Of a stretch of 64,000 bases of DNA, positions 22,630-33,727 are shown piece after piece. Position numbers and translations under genes: made by a program. The stretch comes from Neoechinorhynchus agilis (Eukaryota > Animalia > Acanthocephala). The notes beneath the pieces are model-generated. The model was not told the DNA's origin, ran no database searches, and was given only the letters and a program-made list of their open reading frames with translations. Position 1 is the stretch's first letter; each line of letters begins with the position of its first letter. Location: positions 1,086,389 to 1,150,388 of the forward strand of contig CM121343.1 in NCBI GenBank assembly GCA_051530055.1, in the 5' to 3' direction.

Positions 22630-22990
22630 CGATGGCAAATAATTATTTTTTATACAGTGTGGTGCGAGGGAGAGGCGGATTAAATCTGTTCGGACATCAT
22701 GTATTTCGGACGGGTTCCCTTGGCGAAATGAACGGGAGAAATTTACATGGAAGGGAACGCAGGGAGGTCATGTATTTATCGAAGATTTTGGAAAGGTGTT
22801 CTTCGAATGGTGGGAGGTCCTTGGAGCAAATTTTGCAGGCTCGTTTATTTAGAGAGGAGAGCAAGCGCAGTTGATGGGTGGATAAATTGCAAAAGGTTGG
22901 GTATGCATAGTTCATACACGTTGGCTCCCACGTACATAAACAGTGTCTCCAATTCGTTAGTTCCTTCCGGACTTGAACTCAGGATATGCT
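22630..22990 (-). mobile_element. CR1/L2-group LINE 3' fragment
   Basis: YAYPTFCNLS..LNKRACKI resembles the copies at 17720-18420 and 28510-29000. Confidence 0.55.
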
Positions 22991-23149
22991 TGAAATTTCG
23001 CTTAAATAAATGGTATTTTCTAAAGGCACCATCATCATGAGGTGCGGTATTAAATCTCTCGATTGTTTTTAAGGGAGCCACAGTGCTTCGGCTCAACAGA
23101 GAGCTTTGCGACATCGAAAGATCTTGGTTATTTCCAAACAAAAACTAAA

Positions 23150-24720
23150 CGATGCTAACGGTTCGAGCAGTCACGCATTCACACTGATAGCGTATTATGC
23201 AACTGGGGTGCATATTGATATTGATTTTTTTATTATGATAATATATACTACACCCTTTTCTTCTAAATGGTGGTATACCCTTCAAAAAAGGAGCAACTTG
23301 CGCTGGAAATCTAAAATCACTGGCTGAATGAAAACTTTATCTTTAGATGATATTCTGAAATCTGTCTTTGAATTCCATTCTTCGGGTTTTCTCAAAGGCG
23401 TTATTCCTGCAATAATTTTTCGGGGGAAATTCGCCAACCGGGTAGATTCGACACTGGAGAATATTCTTGAGGTTTCGTCAAGCAATCCGAAATTCGCATC
23501 GTCAAACTCCAGCTCTGGCACCTAAATTTCTAATCTGCTCCCGCATCACTGCATCGTTCAATTTGCCAAATTAATGCTTAATTGCTCTCCTTATGATTAG
23601 CGAGAGATCAATGCGGCGCGGCGTATTCTTCTTATCAAAAAAGGTAAAAAGTCAGTCGCGCAGCCAAAGGACCTTCGCCCAATTTCTTTACAGAATCCCT
23701 TTGTCACCATTTACGAAAAAGGCCTAACTCTTCGTTTGAGATCCTTTGCAACTGAGTCTAACTGTATATCGGCTAATTGCCACGGGTTTCAAAAGGGAAA
23801 ATCAGTTCACTCAGCGCTAACTGATATCTACGCGACTTTTTCGAACTCCACTCTACCTATGAGAGCCATTCTTGCGGTTGACCTATCGTAGGCATTTGAT
23901 AAGATCTCCCTGTCTTTTATAATCCAAATCTTGGAGTTCTTCAGCGTTCCTTACAATTTGATCTCCCGAATTTACAATATTGTTTTTGCCAAGTCTTTTT
24001 ATTACGAGGATGATGATCCGAAATCACTTTTTTACCCGATCAATGGTGTCCCACAAGGAACACCACTTTCCCGATCCTGTTTTTATTAACATCACAATAT
24101 ATCGTTAAGAATTTCAAAATTCGCGCTTTGCTCACCTGTTACGCGGATGATTTAACTTTTGTCATTTCTGCCCACAGAGCTGTAATGCATCGACTACCTC
24201 AACGCAATTTTACCACGTGTGAATTTGTCCCTTAATCTATCCAAATCAATGTGCATTTCCAAGGTTCGTTCATCTCGACTTCGGAAAGATCTTGAATCCT
24301 TTTTAATAATCTGATGAACCCTTTGAAGGATACGAGAGCGGACAACGTCAACCGGCCTGTTAATTTACATATTCTAGGGCACACGTTTACAGTTAATCTG
24401 TCCCCCAAAACTGATATTAATAATATGAAAAAACTTCTCAAATTAGGCAACAAAATGGATAAACGAGCGTTTAAACTAGGCTTGAATCCATCGCACGCTC
24501 AAGCTATCTCTAAAACTTGGGGTATCCCCGGCCTAGTATTTTTCTCAAGAGGTCGCCCTCCAGAACAAAAGACTGTTGTTGTCGAATCTTTCCACCGACA
24601 CCTAGATTCCCTGCCGTTTCCATGGACCGGAGAGTTGAGGAGTTTCTGTGCTTCCCGCATTGAACGTTGGATTTCATGATTTCGTTAAGCTTCAATCTAC
24701 ATGTTTAACATGATGAATAA
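23150..24720 (+). mobile_element. Decayed APE-RT LINE, same family as 32429-36372
   Basis: RPISLQNP, AVDLS*AFD, PQGTPLSP, YADD and RGRPP remnants. Confidence 0.75.
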
Positions 24721-25149
24721 ATCTTGCGTGTAGGGTTGCGAAACTACAAAAAAAGCATCTTCTCCCCTGAAAGCATCAATCCAAGACATAATACTGTGCT
24801 AGTTTTCTTGTTACCGATTTAAAGAGCGTGTCATTAATTCTTCCAATTCGAAAACGTCAATAATCCGATAATTTCCAAAACTGGACTAAATTAGATAACA
24901 AGAATCGATTCAGCGGAGAGAAATACCCATATTGCAGACAAAAGTATTCACTGATTAATTACTTTATTATATGATTCAAGTGTCGTTTTTATACTTATAT
25001 GGAAAAACTATGGTAAAGAAAAGAACAACAGTACAAACCGTGAGCTTTAATATGTGATCGAGAAAAGGTAATTTAATTGGCAATCGATTGATATTATGAC
25101 ATCAATAAACAAAGATGTTTGTCTAAAGATTGAAACGCGCATATCTCAG

Positions 25150-27110
25150 GAACCGTTACATCTATCGCTTAGTTGAAAACAGTTTTGGCATCATCGCTTC
25201 AAGAAGTACTGAATACACTAATCGAGGTTGAAGTTTATGTGAGTGCTCGAAGTATGGAACCGCTCTTAACTTATACAGCATTTTTGGCATGCATAAACAA
25301 TTCCTAAAAAAGGAATAGGGCTTCATGAGAGCCAAGCTCACACGTTCGACTGCACAAACGTTCCAAATCAGGCAATACTTCATCGATTTCCCTCTAAACA
25401 TTCGAACTAAGGACACAACTACCAAGAAGAGAGAAACGATCCGGTTCAATGAGTCGTATTCCCGGAGCGATATCAAGAAAGGAGCTGTAAATTGCATCTC
25501 TATCCGATTGGTTTGCATTGATTAGCATTAGCTCACATTTCGACGAGTTCACAGTTAATCCGATTTTCGATGTGGCGATGATCAGCCTCTTCAAATCATC
25601 TAGGACCACTGCCGGATCTCCACCAATTGTCGCGTCGTCTAGATACCACACGTTTAGTATTGAGTTAAGCATCCGGATGATATCGTTCGTTATCAAAGCA
25701 AACCCAATCGGACCCATAAGATCTCCCTGTTGTACACCGGTTTCTGACCAAATGGTGTGGTGGTCGAAGAATAGAGGGGTCTTGGTGCCATATGCGATCT
25801 GAAAATAACGATATGCTCCAGGAAGGATACAGCAACTGTTTTCAGTAGGGCTGAGCGATCGACTGAATTAAAGGCGCTGCAGAAATCCACCTTAACCACC
25901 GCGCTCAATGTGCTCGATTGTCTGATGAAAGATCTTGTTGCATGGGCGATCGATTCAGCTCCACATGGAGTGCATCACCCTAGTTGAAAGGGACGGAGTT
26001 GACGTCCAACGTCATCGTAAAATCTTTTGCACAATAATTTAGCAGCCAAACGTCTTATTGTACATCCCACAGCAATCGGACGAATGTCACCATTCGTTTT
26101 GGATAAGGCGCATAGTGTGGCTGAGAAGAGGAAGCTTGTCGCCTCGGGAGGTGGGATACCGTTGATGATTTGTTCCGTGAAATCCCTTAGGGATGCTTCA
26201 AGAGTTGATCCAGCAGCTGCTGCTCCTAAACTGAGCATGTCTTTCAAATGTTGAGGGCGAAGACCATCGGGACCATGTCCAGAGCCGGTCGGGAAGGAGG
26301 CGATTGCTTTTCTTAAGTCTGAGATATCGCATTAGAAACTGACCTCAGTAGGGACTTCAGGTAAGGAAGGGGATTGCCGACGGGGTGTTTACCCCTAAGT
26401 GCATCAAGTGTGCACTGATCACTTCTAGCAAATGAGTCCGTCGAACTTAGCAACCGAACTGCACCAGTTTTGCAGAGACTCTTGGCAAGGAGAGAACGTT
26501 GGTCTGAGCATTTTGGGCGTTTAGCTTCGATTGAAGGCGACTCCATAGATCTACTCAAGCTTATCCCAAATAAATTGTCATAATCCTTGAGTCGCTTTTT
26601 GATCGTACAGGTGAGATTACTGTCCGAATCGCGGTTTGTGTTCAAGATTATTCTAGAAAAGGCGAATAACCGCAAGTAGTTAGCTTCGATCGGCTCAGAG
26701 ACGCACTTCGAGAGCAGTGTCGAATAGAACCTCGCACATTGGTATCTCGCGCCTTTTGGGATCCTTTTTAATATGTTTTGTGGCAAGGTGCTGATCAGGG
26801 AGACGATTGGAGATACTGAGTCAGATTGGCCACCACTGAAGGATTGTGGAGGTAAAGGTGGAAGAGAAGAACCAATACATCTCGTTTTCAATGGACCGTG
26901 TTTCCTAATTAAACCCATCGAGGTCAATCCGAATTTGCGACCGCATACTGAACAATGTCCTGTAGGTTTGTGTGCATCATCATCTTGCGTAGCGATACAA
27001 CCAGCCAAATTGGAGCAGTCCTTACTGCTCGGGTCCATGGAGGGATCCGAGCTCAGAAACCTGTGTGTTACTATCCTTCCGTGCTTGTGATTCGGTAAAG
27101 ACGCCATTGA
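25150..27110 (-). mobile_element. CRE-clade non-LTR retrotransposon (N-terminal ZF and RT), frameshifted and 3'-truncated
   Basis: CSVCGRKF..KHGP, LKRIPKGARYQC, GDIRPIAVGCTIRRL, VDFCSAFNSV, QQGDLMGP and YLDD. Confidence 0.88.
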
Positions 27111-27457
27111 AAGTTTCGTTCACAAATTCCTCCTTTTCGTTTGTTTGCATGTTCTTGAACTCACTGAGATATTTGGACGCGTACTGCTTTTAAACATATA
27201 AATATACTTAAATTCGTGCTAGATTTGAAAATTTCATCAGCTAATGCTTAAATAGAGGCCTCATTGCGTGGGTTGGTTTGTACAGTAATTAATTAAATGT
27301 CAATTAGAGAGTTAGACTTTTAACTGTAAATATAGATAAAAGCGAACGTCATATACAAACTGAAGTAACGCAACATAAATTTGTTCGATGATCCTTTATT
27401 GAGTCAATGCAACAATCAATTTGCATTCTCAACAAACTTATATTCTGCGATTATCAC

Positions 27458-27757
27458 TCACTTCTTGCTAAAACTGTATTTCCTAATTTCGAAGGTAGAC
27501 ATTGTAGTTTCAATAATGTCCCTTTTGTCTCGAAACTCAGCCTTGGTGATTTTGCTCATTGGACTTCCCTTATTCCTTAACCACTCCATCATCGACTCAA
27601 CATGTTCCTTTGGACCCTCCAAGTACCCGTCTACAGTATTTTTGTTTGTGTTGCGAATCCATCCATTGACTCCAAGTCGAAGAGCTTGGTCCTTGGAGCA
27701 TTTTCGAAAAAAGACACCCTGAACCTTGCCAAAAACTTCAAAGCGAACTCCAATCAT
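27458..27757 (-). CDS. ACYP: Acylphosphatase
   Basis: Signature FEVFGKVQGVFFR..GWIRNT..GTV-like..GSP; complete 99-aa intronless ORF. Confidence 0.92.
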   Translation of the reverse strand: MIGVRFEVFGKVQGVFFRKCSKDQALRLGVNGWIRNTNKNTVDGYLEGPKEHVESMMEWLRNKGSPMSKITKAEFRDKRDIIETTMSTFEIRKYSFSKK

Positions 27758-27895
27758 CTTGCAAAGACAGTGATTGTTTTCTAGAGATCAAACGACAGCA
27801 TTTGTAACTGGAAAGAATGGTATAAGTGTTGTTATAATATTTCAAATTCAGTTAAAGATAAAATCCATGAGCATGTGGCGGTGGGGAAAAATTAT

Positions 27896-28090
27896 ATCAG
27901 AGACTGATTTTAATTGAAATATTTCGTCCTATCTTATCAGGAGGTATCCTCAACTTTAGGGAATAATCTGTCTTGTTTCCCTCGAAAGTATTGGCTCCCT
28001 GAATGAACATGGCCTATATAATAACACGCTCAATCTTATGGGTCCAGTGTGATTGGACGAAATATTTCAATTGAAGTCAGTCTTTGATAT
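27896..28090. repeat. ~35-bp inverted repeat pair, each arm a degenerate hammerhead tail
   Basis: The reverse complement of 27896-27929 matches 28055-28088 (ggacgaaatatttcaatt..). Confidence 0.65.
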
Positions 28091-28509
28091 GATTTTTCCC
28101 CACCGGCACACATTTCAAATTCAGTCAAAAATCTGTAGCTAACGATAAAACGCATCGTATTTACGATAAACCGTGTAATGGCTCCATTTCCTTTGTACGA
28201 TAACTTGATAGATTACTACTTATACCTCTTAGGCCGCAGTTAAATATACGAACTACTTGGTATACTATTTGCTTGCATCGGATATTTGCGTTAACTAATA
28301 TGAACTGACACAAAGTCAAAATAAAATCTTTCATTAATTTAGATGATGTAGTTCTTTAAGAATTTAAACTTTATTTTGAAGTAAATCGTGGCAGAACTTT
28401 TCAACCAAGCGTTTGCGGACTAAGTACAATATTTTATTCTTGCTTATGAAAATTAAACCATGGGTAATTGATTGATTTATATATCGTGTCGATATGTCAG
28501 GTACCGGGG

Positions 28510-29000
28510 ATCAATTTCGTTGCACAAAGGTCCGTTAAACTCTATCTTCTTAAGCGCCTCCGATTCCTTGGATTATCATCCAAAGACCTTAAGTATTTCT
28601 ATAACATCGCAATCCTACCAACGATCACCTACGCGCATATCCAACCTTCTGCAATCTTTCTTCTAACCTTTTCCAACAACTTAATACCTCTCACAAGAGG
28701 CGAGCTCCAATCTGCTCCTCCGAACTCGTGCATTTAGAAAAACACCTTTCTCTAATCTTTCAAAAGCACTCAAAGCGCTTTAATTCTCTTCCTCCCGATT
28801 TCTACCACAGATTTCTCCTTTTACTCACACTTACAACATTCGCGTCGCCCCAACATTTTCTATCCTTCAGTTCCTCGCACAAATCTCTACCTACGCTCCT
28901 TCTTCCCCACTGCTCAATCCTCCAAATGCTAATTGATTCGGAGGAAAGAGCAGAAAACAGCAACTACAGATAAACCGACCAAAGTAAACTTACCCAACAT
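28510..29000 (+). mobile_element. CR1/L2-group LINE 3' fragment
   Basis: KLYLLKRLRFLGLSSKDLKYFYNIAILPTITYA. Confidence 0.7.
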
Positions 29001-29589
29001 ACAAGGTTCGGAAACTATGCTTCTGCCTCTTTTCAAACAAAGTGTTTATATCTATATTTAAATCGTCATTCATCACTATGCGATGGAAATAGGATTAGAA
29101 CTTCAGGTGCATTCAAGATAATGACTATCTTTCGTTACTTACATCATTACAAAGGTTTTCAACACTGGATAGTGACCAATATTCAAACTTTCCTATCGAT
29201 GATCCAAGACACTAAATCTACAGTTTCATACGTAATTCAAACTATCTATAATAGAGTTTTAGCAGCGCCGTATAAAATGTTTTCGATCGCATTAGCGAGA
29301 TTACAATCAGTCGGTGTTCTTCGCAATTTTGTAATGACTTCGTTTGGGGCAAGATTTTTGCAAAGATACAATGTATGTATGCTTATAAGCAAACTGCCAT
29401 TATAATAACATAAAACAAAATGTTTTTTTCTTTTACTTGGCAAGTATACTATGGAAATGGTGATTAGTACTTTATACTGCGAATGGCAATTGTAGGTTAT
29501 ATCATCAAGTTTACTCTTTTACAATAATAACATTTTTGCCAAAACTGTTATACGTCCTTCATTGTATTTAAGGCAACACTTTAGAACAA

Positions 29590-30430
29590 TTTAGAATACA
29601 TCGAATCTATGGTATACGATCACCAAATTTGCAAGATACATTAAAATTGGATAACACCATTGAAATCAGCGCATCAGATATGTTCAAAATGTTTTATCAT
29701 TTCGTAACCATTTTCAAGCAGCATGGATTTAATTCAGGTGTCTTTTATGAACACCAATCTTAAAACTAAATGTCAAAATATAACAAGCCACAAGAAAGCG
29801 TTATTGCAGGTGAATTCGGCGTCAAAAGCAGATTTAAAAAAGTTAATTTTATCTGAATTTATTGATGTTTTAATATCGACAATTAAGGTTATTGGTCTAA
29901 AAATTGAGCAACGAATAACTCAAGAACAGTGACAGCTATCGCAAGTCCGAATACAGATTTGGAATCAGAGCGTTAAGATTTACTAAATGAAAATATTTAG
30001 TAAACTACAGCTGTGTTATTGGCGTCGGAAATCGCATTATCATATTTGGTCAATAGTCAAAAGAGTGAAAGATCATTAAATTTGCAAGATTCATTAAAAT
30101 TGGATAACACCATTGAAATCAGCGCACCAGATGTGCTCAAAATGTTTTATCATTTCGTAATAACTTTTAAGCACCATGGATTTAATTCAGGTTTCTTTTA
30201 TGAAGTTCAATCTTCAAACTAAAGTCGAGATTTCACAAGCCACAAGAAAGCGTTATTGCCGGTGAATTCAGCGTCAAAAGTAGATTTAGAAAAGTTAATT
30301 TGATCTGAAATCTATTGATGTTTTAATATCGATAGTCAGGTTATTGGTCTCAAAATTGAACAACGCTTAACTCAAGATACATGACAGCTGTCGCAAATCC
30401 GAAAACAGATTTGGAATCAGCGCATTAAGA
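29590..30430 (+). repeat. Two tandem ~440-bp AT-rich repeats (family B)
   Basis: gatacattaaaattggataacaccattgaaatcagcgc is repeated. Related units occur in the opposite orientation at 31100-32380 and 36540-36680. Confidence 0.65.
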
Positions 30431-30434
30431 TATA

Positions 30435-31090
30435 CTAGAGGCTGCTCCTCTGACATCTGTGGGAACTCTATTAACTTATGAGGTAACGAGGATCGTAGTG
30501 TCCTTAGGATTTGGTCCCCCGATATGCACGCGACATCGCTGTCGATGTGGGTCCTTCGTTGATGCTTTCGGGCGACACGGTCCCGTTTGCCGAAAGTCAG
30601 GAGGAAGATTCTCACGCCATTCTGAGATCAACAGCGTAATTTCTCGAGCGTTGAGAACGGCAAACTTCCCCAACATCTTTGAACCTGCCCATCTTTGTCG
30701 ACTAGACGCGGTAGTCGACCTGACGGAAGCCTTCTCTGGGACGCCGCGTGTGTGGACACCCTCGCAGTAAGCAACATTCCGTACTCTCTCGTAATATTGG
30801 AGGTGCAGCCAGTGCAGCGGAAGGAAGGAAGGTACGAAAATACATGGATTTGGCAAGGTTCCACTATTTTGTCCCCTTCGGAGTAGAGACGCATGGAGCA
30901 CTTGGCAGCTCGGCACTCACTCTGCTCCAGGATCTTTCTAAGAAATTGAGAGAAACGACCGGCGACGCACGAGCAGATGCATTCCTGCGACAAAATATCC
31001 CGCTTGCAGTAATCTGAGGCAGTGCTGCTGGCGTGATAGCGATAGCCGAGGAAGGAGAGAAGTTCCGATTTTGCGGACGGTGGTGCTAAA
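30435..31090 (+). mobile_element. CRE-clade 3' end (zinc knuckle and RLE)
   Basis: CRCGSFVDAFGRHGPVCRK..RHSEIN; RPDG..WDAACVDT; RKVRKY..FVPFGVETHG. Confidence 0.88.
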
Positions 31091-31099
31091 AAATTAATT

Positions 31100-32380
31100 T
31101 ATAATTAATTTACTTTTTCTTGATATGCTTTTAACGTTGATTTTACCTGCTTGTACCGTTTTTTTCGCAATGGTCATCCTTGTCTTTAGTTTACATACGT
31201 AAGTTCATAAAAGACTAGAAATAAATAATAAAAGCGCAAAATCATGTAAGACCCTGTAATCTTTTTGGGTTTTCTATCGAATTTTGTTGACGTTTGATAA
31301 TTTAATGATCTTACACGTTTATGACTTTTTACGAATTGAACAAAATCGATTTGCGACGTTTATACGAAAGCGAGAAATGTACAGTATTGTAAATCGTTCA
31401 ATAAAATACGTTGGTTCTTTTTCAGATTTGCGATAGCTTAAACAGTTCTTGAATTATTTGTCTTTAAATTTTTGGGCAAACAACCGTGATTATCAATATC
31501 AAAATATCAATATACTTTTTAATTAATTAACCTTTTCTTGATCAGCTTTCAACGCTGATTTAACCTGCATATACCGGTTTTTGTTGCTATGCCCATCTTT
31601 ATCTTTAGTTTACCTATTGGAGTTCATAAAAAACACGAGAAATAAATAATAAAAGCGATTGAACATGAAAGACCTGGTAAGCTTTTTGGGGTATTTTCGA
31701 TGCGGTGGTTTTATTGATGTTATCCTATTTGTTCACGTTTGTAGATGTAATAATCTTTCACGTTTATGACTTTTTACGAAGTAAACCAATGCGATTTGCG
31801 ACGTCAGAACGAAAGCTAGCCATATACAGTGTTGCCCATTTAGTATTTGTTGACTCGCTTCGCTGATTGCAATTCCGTTTTCAGATTTGCGATAGCTTTA
31901 AAAGTTCTTTAGTTTCTCGTCGTTCAATTTTTTTACAAGATACCGTGATTATCAATATCAAAACATCCATTAATTTATAGATAATTCACCTTTTCGTGAT
32001 CAACTTTAAACGCTGATTTCACCCGCATATACCGGTTCTTGTCGCTAATCTTTGTCTTCAGTTTACCTATTGGCGTTCATATAAGATACCAGAAACAAAA
32101 TAAATAATGCGATTAAGCGTGTAAGACCTGGTATGCTTTTTGGGGTATATGGGTGATTTCATCGATGTTATCCAATTTTTCTGACGTTTGCAAATTTAAT
32201 GACCATTCACGTTTATGACTTTTTACGAACAAACAAAATGCGATTTGCGACGTTAATATTGTTGCTAGCCATATACAGTATTGCCAATTGAGTACTCGAC
32301 GCGCTGATTCCAAATCTTGCGTTATTCCTCTTTAATTCTTTTACAGACAACCGTGAGTATCAATATTGAAACAACATTTA
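31100..32380 (-). repeat. Three diverged tandem units of family B
   Basis: aacgctgattt.acc.gcatataccggtt and tttatgactttttacgaa recur at about 440-bp spacing. Confidence 0.6.
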
Positions 32381-32428
32381 TTATATATTTAACTTCGGGG
32401 TTCAAAAAACGTACAAAAGCGCTGTTTC

Positions 32429-33727
32429 GTGATGCAAAATTGCGCTTCGAATATCAGCAATCAGGTAAACCCTATTTCCGACATGTCTAGATTAAGGTTT
32501 GTTCCTACTATCCTCCTCCCCCCGAGTGATTGTGAAGTTTTGAATGATTGTGCACAAGTTTCCATAGGGGATCAGATGGAACATTCTATCGACGCATCAA
32601 GGTTTAAGCGTCCTGTTAGGAAAGAGGATTTCGTTATCAAAATTCCCAAAGAAGCCATGGGCACTAACTCCCCCTCCTATTTCTCGCGTTATTTCTTCGA
32701 GAAGTATTTACTGCCGAATGGTCGTGAGAAACATATGAATTTTTTGATAAAGAGGTTCTCTGTGACCAAATTCCACATCCTTTTTATTTTTTTCGATGCG
32801 GCCGGTAAAGACCTCTTTTCTAAGATGCTAGGGGAGTTAAGCATCCAATCTGTTGACCTATCTCGTAGAGTCACCTTTCTAATGAGGAATCCTCCTCAAG
32901 ACTTGGATACTACTGATTTTCGCAAAATTGAGGATGAGTTAGGTATAAAACTGGTCAAATATCTGTTTAGACCCAACGCTAGTTCAGCCTACGCCATCCT
33001 ATGTTCAGCTACTATCAATGTCGCCGAGAGTCTAGCTAACTCCGGCAGGGTTTTTTTCTCATACTGGGTCACTTTTGACCGATACAGGGACTCTATCTAT
33101 GATTATAATTTGACGATATGTCAGAGGTGTTCGAGATGGGGGCACCACGAATCTGACTGTGTCTTCCCCTCCAGATGCATCTTTTGTGCAGGTCCTCATC
33201 ACAAATCATCTTGCTCCAATTCTGATGCTGCTACCTGTGCAAACTGTGGCAAGAATCATCCGGCCTTTGCACGTTCTTGCAAATTCGCGCAAAAATATTT
33301 TGACGATTCCATACCATCGAAGCAGCGAGTATTCCATAATTCTAGTTATAGAGAATTCTATCCACAACATAATCCTTTCTCTTCGGACGGTTTTTCCTCT
33401 AAGGAGTCGAAGACTCAACCTTCCCCTGATGGTCACAAGCCTAAACTTCCCCCCAAACCTCCGGAAAAATCCTTTCTTGATAGTTTAAAATCTTCCATTA
33501 ATACTTCTCAACTTTATCCCGATAAAGAAATTTCATTGCTTAAGTACTTCCTTACTTTGATCCTTCACAAACTGGAAAATCTTTCTACACCAGACTCTAC
33601 CTCCGACAATTTTTCTAGATTATTTAACTTTAATAACTGGATCGATTGTGAAAATTATAAAAGAGATATTTCCCCATCTTTGCGTAACTTGGAATCTATA
33701 GATTCCAAACGTCCTAAATTCATTTAA
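32429..33727 (+). CDS. LINE ORF1 with three CCHC zinc knuckles
   Basis: CQRCSRWGHHESDC, CIFCAGPHHKSSC and CANCGKNHPAFARSC. Confidence 0.9.
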   Translation: MMQNCASNISNQVNPISDMSRLRFVPTILLPPSDCEVLNDCAQVSIGDQMEHSIDASRFKRPVRKEDFVIKIPKEAMGTNSPSYFSRYFFEKYLLPNGREKHMNFLIKRFSVTKFHILFIFFDAAGKDLFSKMLGELSIQSVDLSRRVTFLMRNPPQDLDTTDFRKIEDELGIKLVKYLFRPNASSAYAILCSATINVAESLANSGRVFFSYWVTFDRYRDSIYDYNLTICQRCSRWGHHESDCVFPSRCIFCAGPHHKSSCSNSDAATCANCGKNHPAFARSCKFAQKYFDDSIPSKQRVFHNSSYREFYPQHNPFSSDGFSSKESKTQPSPDGHKPKLPPKPPEKSFLDSLKSSINTSQLYPDKEISLLKYFLTLILHKLENLSTPDSTSDNFSRLFNFNNWIDCENYKRDISPSLRNLESIDSKRPKFI

